Shown: positions 1-11,695, counted from the first letter of the whole stretch. The stretch: DNA of 61,854 nt, filler included, from Sphacelaria rigidula (GCA_964200075.2; 6 parts of 6 records of this genome joined end to end with filler, not necessarily neighbours in it), one strand, 5' to 3'. The notes: generated from the sequence alone by a model not told the origin. Numbers and translations: made by a program.

Positions 1-170
1 TTATTATTATTATTATTATCATTATTATTAGTATTATTAGTATTGTTATTATTAGTATTATTAGTATTATTAGTATTATTAGTATTAGTATTAGTATTAG
101 TATTAGTATTAGTATTAGTATTAGTATTAGTATTAGTATTAGTATTATCAATCATGATCATCATCATTAT
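1..170. repeat. (TAT)n/(TATTAG)n microsatellite
   Basis: Direct tandem TATTAG/TAT repeats. They explain the LVLVLV N-terminus of ORF 43..552. Confidence 0.95.
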
Positions 171-195
171 TGTGGTTCATTCGGATTGTGCGCAG

Positions 196-504
196 GCTGG
201 TTCTTCGGGCGGCACCGTGGACCTCAACTTTCCGGAAGACATCTTCTCGGTGGAAGCAGCGAACGTGGCTGACGACGGGCTAGACGACAGCTTGGATGTG
301 AACACCGTGTTCCGTGAACCCAAGATCGGCGTTGAACCGCAGTCGCAGGCTCATCTGCAACGACAGCAACAGCAGCAGCAACGGCAACAGCAGCAGCCAC
401 TGATGCAGCACCAATTGCGGCGGCAGCAGCAGCAGCAGCAGCAGCAGCAACACGCGTGGAATACTGCGGGGGTCTACTCTCCTTATGGATTCAATCTTGC
501 GTCG
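196..504 (+). CDS. Internal exon of an uncharacterised polyQ/acidic protein
   Basis: Acceptor GCGCAG at 190-195 and donor GTGAGT at 505. The 309-nt exon is open, phase 0-0 (AGSSGGTVDLNFPEDIF...QQQQ...LAS). Confidence 0.6.
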
Positions 505-640
505 GTGAGTCAACGCGTCGTCAACGGGTGTGTGTTATGCAGCACGTCTTGAGTGTGGTATAAAGTTCTGACTGTGCCCCCGATGCGATCTGACGTCACG
601 TCGCGATTTCCGTCGACGAATCAGTTGCGGGTTCGTGTTT

Positions 641-940
641 GTGTGTGTGCGTGTTGGGTTATCGTCCCATCTATTGTGGACACCGGTCTACACCTGTCGG
701 TATATCGCGTGTTGTGTGTGTGTTGTCGTCGCATCTATTCTGGACGCCGGTCTACACCTTTCGGTACATGTGGGCGCACCAGTCGGGGTCACACAAGAGG
801 AAGGCCAACTCATCAGTTTTTTTTTGTTTTTGTTTGTTTCAGTTTTCCACCTTCCTTCTCAGGTGCTTGCCTTTCTTCTTCATCGCGAGAGAGGTTCAGC
901 AGTCCCTTTCCCTCGTCGCACATTAAGTCTAATTTTGCGT
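641..940 (-). mobile_element. 5'-truncated SINE of the 43384/45780 family, with duplicated 3' tail
   Basis: The reverse complement matches the body and tail of the SINE at 43500-43715. The tail occurs twice (641-706 and from 709). Confidence 0.85.
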
Positions 941-1468
941 GTGTCTCGTCCTTTTCTTGGATTTTTTCCAACGCGTTTTTTTTTTCCCCTCGAGTTTTCT
1001 ATTTCTTTTTCCAGCTTCTTCCTCCTACTCGAAAACAACCCTGTTCATTCCCCTTTTTTCAACGTTGACGTGTGATTCTCGATGCAGCTGTCCATGTACA
1101 ACCATTTTGTGTGCGCCCTATACTTCTTGCCTCCCAATCGTGTTTCCGTATAGCCATCGTTTTTGTGTTTCGGCAACCCCGTGCTTCGGAAGGCACTCAA
1201 ATCCCCCGCGAGTTTCGCAATCGCGTTTAGCAGTAGAGTTAATGCGAGCTGGTCGACAACGTCCATTTATTAGTTATTTGGTTGATAATGGTGAAATAAT
1301 TGACCCCTCAGGAATTAAGTCGTGGTCACATGGTGGACGCATCCGAGATGAAACAGAATTGGAACGCTGACTTGAGGAAAGTGAAAAAAGAAGAAAGGTG
1401 AAACGGATACAGAGAGTAAACTGAAAAACAACAAAGCAACGAAACAATGGCTGAAGGTTACGACGTTG

Positions 1469-2447
1469 CGGATGGTGCACGTTCCAACCCCCTCACCTAC
1501 TCTTTTTGTAAATGGGGTTTTCAATCCTCTACAGTCCCTTGAAAATGCTCCACCAGTCTGAGCCGAAATATAAGCAGGATTTGGACATGCGGTGCATTAA
1601 CTTTGGCAGTTTCATCTTTTTGGTCGATCGTTTTTTGTCATCGTTATCCTGGCGTTCTTGCGGGACTGTCGAGGCCGTTACTTTTTCAAAACAGCACAGT
1701 CCTGCACGCGACAGCAGTACCCGTAGCAGGGGTAGTCAGAGCTCTCGTGCGGCAATCACCGTGAAAACGCCTTCCGGTCTGCTGATGAGCATGCCCGTTG
1801 CTGGAGGCACTGCTCAGAAGGTGTCCAGGCAGAATCTAAAAAATAATTATAGACGCGCGTTGATCGAGGAGCTCCTCAAGGGCAGCAACAATGGCAAATT
1901 GGTGAAGGGTGACCTGAAGCGATGCGCGGAGGTGTTTTCCTTCATCCCTTGCGCTCCGAGGGTCTATTGAGCAACGAAACCCTTCATATGTGTCGTTTAT
2001 GATGTACCACGTACCATGGTAAAACTTGTGGCATTTTGGCCAAAAGTGCACTAGCAGGAGGGCGCTGTGTGATGTCTGCACCTGAAATTCCAGGGAAATC
2101 CAGGGAAATCCAGGGACGCTAGTATGGCGTCCCTGGATCATCCAGGGTACTTGCCTAACCCGAAGTTCACCTCACTCGCATAATTTTACACTTGTACGCT
2201 TGCAGAAGTGCTCTACAGTCATTCTAGGGCGGTTCATCCACATCAGGCTTGTATTTCGGTTTTTCAAAATCCTGCTTATATCTCGGCCCAGACTGGCACA
2301 TTGTACAGTGGGCACGACCATGCAAATCATAAGCAACAACGTAAATGATATTTCAAGAGCTCTTCGCGGGTGCATGCGAATCGAGTGCGAAGGCCTCCAC
2401 ATTATCCTCGCAAGCGCCCCGAACCCCGCAAGGGACATGATGACACG
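1469..2447 (+). repeat. Dispersed repeat copy interrupted by a mariner-like element
   Basis: 1469-1552 plus 2299-2447 together match the reverse complement of the contiguous 6048-6283. Confidence 0.8.
1553..2296 (+). mobile_element. Internally deleted mariner (DD39D/plant-type-like) transposon
   Basis: 30-bp TIRs (1553-1582 and 2267-2296, 2 mismatches) with a CA..CA duplication. The internal peptide RQNLKNNYRRALIEELLKGSNNGKLVKGDLKRCAEVF (about 1825-1938) resembles the N-terminus of plant-type mariner transposases. Confidence 0.75.
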
Positions 2448-2491
2448 AAAATGAAGAACAAGAAATGGTCAGCCTCTGCATCATGGCTTAA

Positions 2492-2591
2492 CCAGTTGGG
2501 AACCCAGTGAATCGGCATCATTTTCATTCATTTTCAAGTCAAAATGATGCTGATTTACAAAAACAAAAATCGTCACTGGGTTCCCAAAGGG
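2492..2591. mobile_element. 100-bp piggyBac-like MITE
   Basis: TTAA|CCAGTTGGGAACCCAGTGA ... TCACTGGGTTCCCAAAGGG|TTAT. About 19-bp imperfect TIRs with CC/GG ends and TTAA-like flanks. Confidence 0.55.
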
Positions 2592-3309
2592 TTATGGTAG
2601 AAGAGGTCTTGCGCAACGGCACACGCATTCGTGCCCTATCGAGAGAAAAAAAAGGAGGCCGTGGCGTCAAATTGCGGCTCATCTAGTTCAGCCACACTGT
2701 TTTGGGTATGAGCTCTTCCCCATGAACCCCACGGAAGCGATTCACCAAGCGGCGATTTGCATGCACCAGAAGAAGAGGATACACATAGAGAGATGGAGGG
2801 AGAAATAGAGAGCAGAGAAGGAGACCACGCTAGTGATGAAGCCCAAGGGCACCGTACGGTAGGGCAGGTACAAATACACAAACCGAAGAAGAGTGCAAGA
2901 CTACCTACCGATCAAGGACATAATCAACAACCGATAGGGAAAGACGGGGGTGAATCAGTTTCCGCGTTGGCCCAGCTGCCCCCATTCATGCGTAGTCGGG
3001 TACAAGGCTGGGCGTTCTATCGGCCATTTTTCATGTTCATCTCGGGTTTTCTCGTGAGCTGTTGCTGTTGTTGTGTCAGCGGTGGCAGCTCTCCGATAGG
3101 CGGCTTTCAACGTAGCAACCCGCCCCTCGTTTGTGGCGGAGGTAGGGTTGAACCAATACTTGGGCGTTAGTGATAACAGTCACGTTCGGATCTTTTGGGG
3201 GCTAATAGTCCCAGGTGGCTGCACAACATGCGCCGGACGCGGTCTTGCTCACATTGTATCCACCCCACTCACATCCACCAGGGGGTTCTCGGGATGCCAT
3301 GGGCCGGAG

Positions 3310-3343
3310 TTGAGGGTCAGGGTTGGCGGTAGGGTTAGGGTTT
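3310..3343 (+). repeat. Degenerate interstitial telomere-like (TTAGGG) motif
   Basis: TTGAGGGTCAGGGTTGGCGGTAGGGTTAGGGTTT. Similar C-strand motifs occur at 15645-15679 and 26101-26125. Confidence 0.55.
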
Positions 3344-4447
3344 GACAAAGTGCGAAGCATGTGTGAACCCTTTTGGAACCGTTGATGGAAAAGTGACGAT
3401 CTACAAACTCCCATTCGCGAGCTTTCGTCACGGGGAAAACGCCACTTGGAGTTCGGTGTACAAATCTGTCACATTGGTATACCTCACCTGAGAGCGGTGC
3501 GCAGTGAACATGCGGGGGGGTGAGTGGGAAAGGCGATTTGTCGAAAGGCCGACGTGGTGCGGTCGTGCTGATTGTATCAGTCATACCCCCATCAATATAT
3601 CAGGCATATATATATATATATTTATATAAGGGGAGTGGTATTGGAATTAATCCCTTGAGACTATGGTCCACTCAGTGTCATCATTTGTTGCCAAAAATAA
3701 AACAAAGCTCTCAAGATGCGCCCTCATGGCCGACCTTTGAGTCTTGAACAGAAAATTGCTTTTGGTGCAACCATGTCGGACCTCCGACAAAATGTACCGG
3801 GCACGTCCCACAACCGTTTCCAAGTGTGCACCTCGAAGCGGAGGGGTTCTTGCCCCCCCCCCCCCCCCGCGCACGCGCGCGCTCTCCCTCCCTGCCCGTT
3901 TCACGCCCATTTTGTTACTGATTATCATTGTCCAGAACTCGATTTCTCGCTCGGTTTATGAACTTACCGCAATTGTTTGTCGAACTTCTGTCCGATATTT
4001 AGCGTTCGTGCTTTGGTACAAAAAACCTGTTTTGGAAGTATGACGTATCATGCGCTGCATCAACCAAACTATCCCTTTAAAATGTGTATATTTGTCGTTA
4101 TTGTACAGTCGCTCAGGCATAAACAAGATTATTCTCCACGGTCTGGCTCATTCGGGAATTACATACACACCCAAGATAATAAGAACACGATGATGAAACG
4201 TATTTCGTGTTGCGGAGATCTGATGTTCTGGCTACGTTGTCTTCTGATTTTTTATTACAGGTCATATTCCATGCTACTTACTGTAAATGTCGTACTAAGA
4301 ATGCCACTTGTGTGTGCGGCTAACACCCCGTGTCGACCAGATTCATGCCCCCAAAGGTGCTCCACGGCTGTCTGTTGTCGTTAAGCAAATCCCCGCCCCC
4401 GCCCCCCGCGCGCCCAAATGCCCAACGTCAACACCCGATGCCTCCAG

Positions 4448-4684
4448 ATTCACAGCATTCTTCCGAACACAATAGCTGCTGCGGGCCCGCCGTCACCAAG
4501 AGCCAGCAACAGCAGCATTCCTACGTCCCTTAATTCCCCTCTGGGGCAATCCCCGTCGGCATCTTCGCCCGCGATGGGGGGGGCGCCGGGGAATGTTGCC
4601 ATCCCGAGGTCGATCTCGGGCCGGGATGCCGGTTCAGGCAGGGGTCGAGTTGCGGAGCTGCAGCTGCCTCCTCCTACATATTAG
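4448..4684 (+). CDS. Putative terminal exon (S/P/G-rich), possibly of the same gene as 196-504
   Basis: CTCCAG acceptor and a phase-0 start compatible with exon 196-504. Open to the TAG at 4682-4684, followed by GT-rich UTR-like sequence. Confidence 0.4.
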   Translation: MHSILPNTIAAAGPPSPRASNSSIPTSLNSPLGQSPSASSPAMGGAPGNVAIPRSISGRDAGSGRGRVAELQLPPPTY

Positions 4685-6047
4685 GTGGCTGATTTTTTTG
4701 CGGTGGCGTGAGTGTCTGATGAAAAGTGCCAGTTGTAGTGTTGTCATGTATACCGTGTTGATATTTTTTCGAGTCGTGGGTGGTTTGCAGTAGAGTGCGA
4801 CAACCGGCTGTCTCCTTGTGCGCCACAGTGATCCAATCTACTCAAGCGTCATAGTAGCTATTGTCTGAAGTTGGAGAGCTAGATGTCAGCAGTACCGATC
4901 TTGACTGTGGCGGTGATGGTGATGGTGCTTGCCGTGCGGATGCTTCAAGCTTGGCTCGTCCATAGGTTGGATACTGTCGTGTCCATGTTTGACAACAAAT
5001 TAACCCCTCGGACTCGCGACCTGCCTGCCTCCTAGGGTGAGGAGAGCAGGGGACGACGTGGGCGTTTGCGTTTTTATGTTTTTGATGCGTCGTCTCTGGT
5101 TGAGTAGCTCATGCTGTGAGGGTTTCAGTCAGCTTCGTAGGCGTTATTGTGTCCAAAAAAAGAGAGTTGTGGTTCGTGTATTCTGTGTGTTGAGGTGTCC
5201 GTGGTGTCGGATGTTCTACTGTAATCAAATCTACTGTATCGGATTGCGTTGTAGAAATTTGTCTCCTCTCCGAGAGAGGGACAGAGGGAGTGGGTGGGGC
5301 TGTAGGGGTAGTTTACAACAAACTAGTAAAATCATAGGTGGCGGTCGTAATTGTTGGAAGCAAACAAGAGAAGAAAATGACGTATGTACAGTCTGATGCA
5401 ACTGTCAAGCGCAAGTGGAGCAATAGAATCGATATTTTGTTTTTGTACAGCATCTTCGAGTCTCTCGAGCTCTCGCCCTCTCTCGTGATCCAGTTATCAT
5501 CCACGATGTGTTGAAAAACAAAATTGTTTGAAGAAAATGTCGTGGCATTGGTGATTATGGTACAAACAAGCGATCATGTTTTTTTTTTGATGATTCTTTT
5601 GGAAACTTTAGCGGACGGGTACGTCAACGTTTTGCCGACGTGCATCCGTCCGCTTTTGGATGGTTTTATCGCGGGCGACGAACATGTGGTCACACTATAG
5701 CCGGATCGGATTCTGAATGTGCTGTGCCTGGAACAAACCCCGGTCGGCGGTTGTATGTGGAGAAGCCGAACAGAACGCCGTTGTCTTTTTATTCTTGCTC
5801 TTTTTCTGCTAAGATTCTGGGACTTCACGGAACGCTGAGGGGATTTCTGGCGATCTTTCCGGTGCTTTGTTGTGGTTCCAGGGACTGATCGAAAAATTCT
5901 TCGTCTGCGTCTGTTGATGGTGTGCTGTGAAAGTGTTGAGCGTGTAATCTCGTGTGTACAGTTACATTTTGTGCAGCTGCTGGGGAACGATGAATAGGTG
6001 CGCCGTCCACTCTTCTTCTCTTTCCCCATCATGCCCAGCGGCCGCTA

Positions 6048-6283
6048 CACGTTTCATCATGTCCCTCGCGGGGTTCGGGTCGCTTGCGAGGATACTGTGG
6101 AGGCCTTCGCCCTCGATTTGCATGCACCCGCAAAGAGCTCTTAGACATCATTTACGTTGTTGCTTGTGATTTGCATGGTCGTGCCCACTGTACAATGTAG
6201 AGCATTTTTGAGAGACTGTAGAGGACTGGAAATCCTATTCACAAAAAGACTAGGTGAGGGGGCTGGCACGTGCACAATCCGGA
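6048..6283 (-). repeat. Uninterrupted (empty-site) copy of the repeat at 1469-2447
   Basis: The reverse complement reads ...AAAATGCTC-TA-CATTGTACAGTGGGCACG... with no insertion. Confidence 0.8.
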
Positions 6284-6361
6284 TACCTCACAGTGTGCCT
6301 ATAAGGGTGTGCGGGGGGACCCGGAAGATGGCACTGTCTGGTTGCTGATTATTTTCCATGG

Positions 6362-6545
6362 GTGTTCAGGGTATGGTGTGGGCACGGGTACGGGTACGGG
6401 TACCGGTACGGTATGGGTTTGAGCCAGGGACCCTGGAGTGCTCGGTATCTTCGTCGGTCGAGACAGGACCCCGCGCGACCTGTAGTACTGAGTACATTCG
6501 ACAGTCGATATCCTGACTACCCTGGAGTATCCAATGTCTACAGTT
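6362..6545. repeat. GGGTAC/GTAC-rich repeat, probably a DNA-transposon end
   Basis: Tandem GGGTAC(G) motifs. Similar GTAC/GGGTACCC sequence occurs at 30783-30870. Confidence 0.35.
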
Positions 6546-7227
6546 CCCTAATTATCACATGTTGTTAGTGTTTTCGGACAGTAGTGTCAGTTGTACGTGT
6601 GCTCTCTGACCATCAGATGTGGAACGAGCGGCAAAGGGGTGTATCTGACGAGATATCGTGTTTGAAGGCGGAGATTTCACGCAGGGGCCGGGGTGCTTTT
6701 GAGGATTGGGGCAGATCCTGTTTGTATGTACGTGCTTACATGTTTTAGAGGGCCCGCGCTGTGGTGCCCATTGTCCGATCGATTGTGCAGCTTTCTTCTC
6801 GACAAAGAACAGAAGATACTAGGCGTTTTGTTTTGATAGTGGTGGTAAAAGGCGCTGTTTTTATTCGCATGAGATGGTATACTGACGAGGTTGAGACGTG
6901 GCCGGTCGAATGCTTTTGTTTTGCTTCTTGGGGGGGGGGGGAGTATCGTTTTTTTGTACTCAATTGTTCTTCTGGGTTGTTTTGTTTTCAGCTCCACATG
7001 CAGCAGTGGTAGACGTAGTTGTAATAACGGTAGCTGAAGTGTACATTTTCTGGCATCTCTCTAGTGATATTTTCTCGTACAACCGCGACGAAACGGCTCC
7101 GGCGTTTTTCCATGTTTCTTTTTTTGCCTTAGCTGTAGCTGTGGCCGCTTGGGTAGAATAGTACCCCTTTTCTTGATTTTTACTGTATTGATCTGGGTTG
7201 CTCGCGGTCACCGGGTCGAATAAAGGA

Positions 7228-7660
7228 GAGGTGGTGGTCCCCGAGTGTCATCGGTCATGGACAAGGATGCCCGCGGGAAACTTGTTGTGATCCAAATCGG
7301 AACGGGCTAACTGACCGAGAAAAGGAACATCTTTGTAAGCGGGTGGCGTCATTCGCGGTCGTGCAAACCGTTTCTTTACGAGCGGGGGGTCTGTACGTAG
7401 CTTTTCGACGGAAGAGAGTGACACCACCGTTGTTCAAAAATTGAGTAGAGCACGCAAGCCTTTGCAAGGTGCGTCCATCCATTTGCCGACGTCATGAAGT
7501 CAGCTGGCCCAGAAAAGACGCCCGACAGCAGCTGAGCGGTGTTGTTTTCATCTCAGTGGTTCAGCCTTTATTTGCGTGACAACTTCTGGGCGGCGTCAAC
7601 ACCCTTAGGAGTCTGCAGATCTATGTTTGATTGTAGCAAGTTCCAACATGCGTTTGAGTA
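7228..7660 (+). pseudogene. Possible decayed DEDDy 3'-5' exonuclease (EXD1/WRN-exo-like) remnant
   Basis: Broken frames give VVVPEC..GKLVVIQIGT..PFL..LFDGR..LQ|GTGCGT and FWAA..PL, in the order of the ExoI-III motifs. Several stop codons. Confidence 0.25.
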
Positions 7661-7989
7661 TCTTGTGTTCGATCCCCGAGGGATCCCAAGTGTGGTGGCA
7701 AGATGCACATCCCAAGGGAAAAATGAGGGAAACCCCTACTAAAGAAAGAACAAGCGGGGGAAACAAAAGATGGATCAAACGAAGTTGAGTGAACTACGAA
7801 AGCGAGAACAAAATTGATCACAAAAATGAAGGGAAAGGAAGGATTCGAAAGAACTCCCGGTCCCGATGGCAGATGAATTCCCAAGCTCCGATTGGATTTG
7901 AGTTTCTTGTCAGCGAGATAGAAAAATGGTGCGTCATATTGTTGACAATGATCATCCCTTGAGCGATTAGCTCTCAAATAAAGGGTTAT

Positions 7990-8680
7990 CTCAGCTCAGT
8001 GAGAATCTCGCGCTGATCGATGCATCGCTGCGTAAGTATGATGAATTCGTGAGCCCTCCTTTGATTAGTGGGCAGCTGTCGCTCCCTGCGGCATGCGAAA
8101 ATCAACCTTGCGTATTCAGATGACTTACGAGAGGAGGAACGCCTATCCTGCGGTAGATGCCAAGTGAAATGCGACTCTGTTACTGTCATTTGTATACCGA
8201 TTTCCGCTCGCATTGCGAATCTCGCTCCAATCAATGCATCTATACGTAATCAACATGATTTCGTGCGCTCTCCTATATTTTTTGAGCAGCTATCGCTTCT
8301 TGCGGCACGCCAAAATCGATGTTGCGTATGTATGCAGACGACGGGCAGGCGAGAGGAGGAGTGCCGAACCTTACTCAGATGCTGAATGAGATACAATCCC
8401 GCTCACGCTATGGTCGTTTCTATACCGACCTCCGCTCACAGTGCGAATCTCGCACCACTCGATGCATCTCTGTGCAGGCAACACGGTTTCGTGAGCTCTC
8501 CTATCCCATGATTTTGAGCAGTTATCGCTTCCGGCGGCATGCGAATATCGATATTGCGTATTCAGATACGCGAGAGGAAAAACGCTACGACCGGATCGAG
8601 TTTTGAGCAGCTATCGATCTATGAACTCTCTCAGGCTTTTGAGCAGCTGTCGTCTCCCGCTGCACGGAATAATTGATTTT
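7990..8680. repeat. Degenerate tandem array, about 214-232 bp units
   Basis: Units begin G(A/G)GCAG(C/T)T at 8070, 8284 and 8516, with truncated units at 8605 and 8641. They share GCGAATCTCGC, ATGCATC and TTCGTG(A/C)GC. Confidence 0.75.
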
Positions 8681-8719
8681 GCTTTCTCGAACGGAATCTT
8701 CCGCTGTCAAACCGTTTAC

Positions 8720-9431
8720 CACGGGATCTTACAAATTGGGGATGGATCTTTTATTGGGGATGAGAAACCCAAAGAATAAAAATCTTCGTATCTACACCAA
8801 ATCTTCCAAATATGGTTCCATTTCTTCACCTACTGATAGCTATTGACAACTACTACACGCCATAGAAATTTGGATTTCGATCACCGAAATGTTGGGGTCC
8901 TAGGTGAAAAACCAATTTCGCGACCATTTTCGGCGTCCGTTCGGACACTCGAAATTCCCCAAACTTGGTTTTTTACCCGGACCCCAACGGTACGATGATC
9001 GAAATCCATTTTTTTACGGCGTGTAGCAGTTGTCAATAGCTATCAGTAGGTGAAGAAATGGGACCATATTCCGAAGATTTGGTGTGGATACGAAGATTTC
9101 ACGGTTAGGACGAATCATCACGACCAAGAATCACCAAAACCGCGATTTCTTCGGCCTGATTGCCCAAAAGGGAGAAAACAGTTGACCGCTGGTCCAAGGG
9201 GTATCCACGCAGCTTTTGAGCCATTCCACGTGGTGTCTGGGCTGCGTGTACCTGGGTTGCAACGCTGAAAACAAAGCCTAGGGATTGATTGATTCGTACG
9301 AGTCGAAACAATGATACTAAAACCAAGTAATTTCCAGACGAATAATTATTTGCCCGACCCTTGGAAAATTTTCGTTTTCCGGGTTTCTCATCCCCAATAA
9401 AAGATCCATCCCCAACTTTTAAGATCCTGTG
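8720..9431. mobile_element. Non-autonomous TIR element with CAC...GTG termini
   Basis: About 50-bp TIRs: CACGGGATCTTACAAATTGGGGATGGATCTTTTATTGGGGATGAGAAACCC, with its inverse at 9381-9431. Confidence 0.75.
8780..9099. repeat. About 320-bp foldback palindrome nested in the TIR element
   Basis: Arms 8780-~8930 and ~8945-9099 are reverse complements (e.g. CATTTCTTCACCTACTGATAGCTATTGACAAC / GTTGTCAATAGCTATCAGTAGGTGAAGAAATG). Confidence 0.9.
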
Positions 9432-10226
9432 TTGTTTGCAGAATATGGCTGGAAATGAAACATGTAGAACAGTATTCAGGGGTACTGTAGTACATCATTC
9501 CCTGATCATAATCGCAATTTCCTTGCTTGAACGATTTATTTCCTTGCTTGAACGATTTATACCCGTTACAATGCACGATTGGTTCCCTCGAAAACCATCC
9601 GTTCCTTCACGACTTTCCCTGGGCGCTGCAAAAAACGGTGTAATTGTTTTCCGTTATATCTAAGGAAGACCGAGCCAACGCTTTCCCTCCTGGCTGGTTT
9701 AGAGCCCCTTTGTATGAGAGAGAAAGTATATACTTCGAAAAACTATATGATGACCGTTATGTCATGAGGAAGGAAGATATAGAGGCGTTATTTGTTCCCA
9801 CAGATACCTTTGGGGCAGGTTGGCCTACAGATCATTCGATCTGTCCACGGGAATGCTCCCATAGCTCTGGGAAGATTGGTGTACAGACTGGTGTACCCTA
9901 GCTGAGGAAGAGTAGTGTACAGATTGGTGTGCCCTAGTCCCGGGGAGGCGAAACGCCTTCCCGGGCCGAGTTCAAAAATAGGTTGCTCTATCGTGCCTCA
10001 TGCACCCTCGCTCACTCTTGAGCTACCCTTCGAGCTGGACCATCTATTCCTACTGTTTATCTTTGGTGAGAAGAGTGTGCTGGGCGATCAAGGGAATAAT
10101 CAGTGAGAGATTAAGAGATATCAAGCCTTTGAGCTCCCTTTTGTTTGGTTGCTACTGTAACCAACAGTCACGTGAATCTGCACGTGTGCATCTGCAGCTT
10201 GTTTTACTCGGACACCTTGCGCGTTT

Positions 10227-10326
10227 NNNNNNNNNNNNNNNNNNNNNNNNNNNNNNNNNNNNNNNNNNNNTTAATTAATTAANNNNNNNNNNNNNNNNNN
10301 NNNNNNNNNNNNNNNNNNNNNNNNNN
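10227..10326. other. Artificial contig spacer
   Basis: N44-TTAATTAATTAA-N44, with stops in all six frames. Confidence 0.98.
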
Positions 10327-10466
10327 AGTGAAAGGCCACCTCCGCCGCTGTGATGGCTGCCTGTATCTTGGGCGAAGCTGTATGGTAACACAGCCGCGGC
10401 TGGTGCGCCCACATATACCGAAAGGTAAGGACCGGAATAAATGGGACGACAACACACACAACACAC
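10327..10466 (+). mobile_element. Retroposon 3' end sharing the SINE tail
   Basis: The last ~70 nt (GGCTGGTGCGCCCACATATACCGAAAGGT..GAATAAATGGGACGACAACACAC) match the SINE tail. The upstream part differs from the SINE body. Confidence 0.65.
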
Positions 10467-11248
10467 TATGTGCAGTACACTATTAATATCGTGTTCGTGC
10501 TGACTGTACAAATCCTTGTCCAGGGTTTGGTACATTTCCACATACAATGCAGGGTCTAGTACATCTCCACTGATAATGCAGGGTCTGGTACATTACCACA
10601 TGCTAATGTACATGTGACGATACTCAGTGAGATCGTGAAACAAATCCGCAACATCTGAGCAAACTGCAGGTGAGGCAATCGCCGAAATATTCACCCGCAA
10701 GCTCTTCTCCAGTGCACTGTAAGTTGATATCGCTAGAAGGACACTACCATAACCACCTTACCGGCTGTCAGACTGTCAGGACGTAGGATCCGCTACCATT
10801 GCCACTGTCTGTACGAGGATGTTGCCCCCTAGTCGGGTACATGGGGGAGGGTCTGTGGCAGAACGCAGTGGTCGCGTCAAGCAGCTGCACGCTGGGCGTT
10901 CTCACTCAAGACTTCGATTTGGAGAATGATACTAGGTGGGCAGCAGCAACTGCTGTGTGTCCAGATGCTCCTTCGAGCAGGATGCGTTTGGTTTCTGTTT
11001 GACACAGTTTCCCCCCAGAAGCCATCATCAATAGGTGTTTCAGAGTGGAAAAATCTAGGGGGGAAAAAGTCGCAAAACTCGAGTCGCAAAAAGACTGTTA
11101 GTCATATTTTTACCCGGAGATAGAAACCAAGTTCACTTCGTGAAATTATCAAAATCAGTTATTAGGTGAACGATTCCAATCTACATGGCTGACACTTGTA
11201 GTTTTATGTTTTCCAGGCTTCAAAGGGAGACTCCCCACAAACTAGACT

Positions 11249-11330
11249 TATCCCAATCTCGAGGTTCCCGCTGGAGCTGACAGTATTTTGCTGTGGAATA
11301 TAGCGGGAACATCAAGTTTGAGATACCTCT
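11249..11330. mobile_element. Short palindromic MITE
   Basis: CTCGAGGTTCCCGCT ... AGCGGGAACATCAAGTTTGAGATACC. Same family as 38615-38971. Confidence 0.6.
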
Positions 11331-11695
11331 ACTAATTGTTCCAAGCCAGTGCGTATGTTTTGCGAGGAATCCAAATGTTGCAGTCGTGTCGGGTTTGCAA
11401 CAGGCACGAGGTCAGCACAGAGGGGGGTGCTACCCCGAGAGTTTCTGTAAGGGACGTCAACCAAAAGCCTATCCGTAGAGCACATACTCACGGTGGTAAG
11501 ATCGGCCGGGGGCGGTTGCCTGGCTAGGGTATACTCAACGTATTGAGCCGGTCCTACGCTTGCCGTCGAAATGGCGCCACCACCCGTCTTGTCTCTCAAG
11601 AACATGTGCGGGAGCAACCTCCCCGCAGAGCACAGGTGGCTAGCATCCGACCGCTTCGGCTGGGAGTTTCGGGAAAGTGCAAGCTATGGTATTTA

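Noticed and set aside
43..195. Long hydrophobic LVLVLV signal/TM segment
   Set aside because: It is the translation of a TATTAG microsatellite upstream of the splice acceptor.
9902..9966. CTGAGGA...GAAA with a strong hairpin as a hammerhead ribozyme
   Set aside because: Stem II cannot form between the core motifs. Candidates at 18484, 27181, 52401, 54150 and 54499 also fail.
10271..10282. TTAATTAATTAA palindrome recurring every ~10.3 kb
   Set aside because: It is an artificial six-frame stop linker inside N runs.
11490..11660. DASHLC as a His-Cys box endonuclease motif
   Set aside because: The following H/N..C.NP.HL residues are absent. It may be an ordinary exon of an unknown gene.
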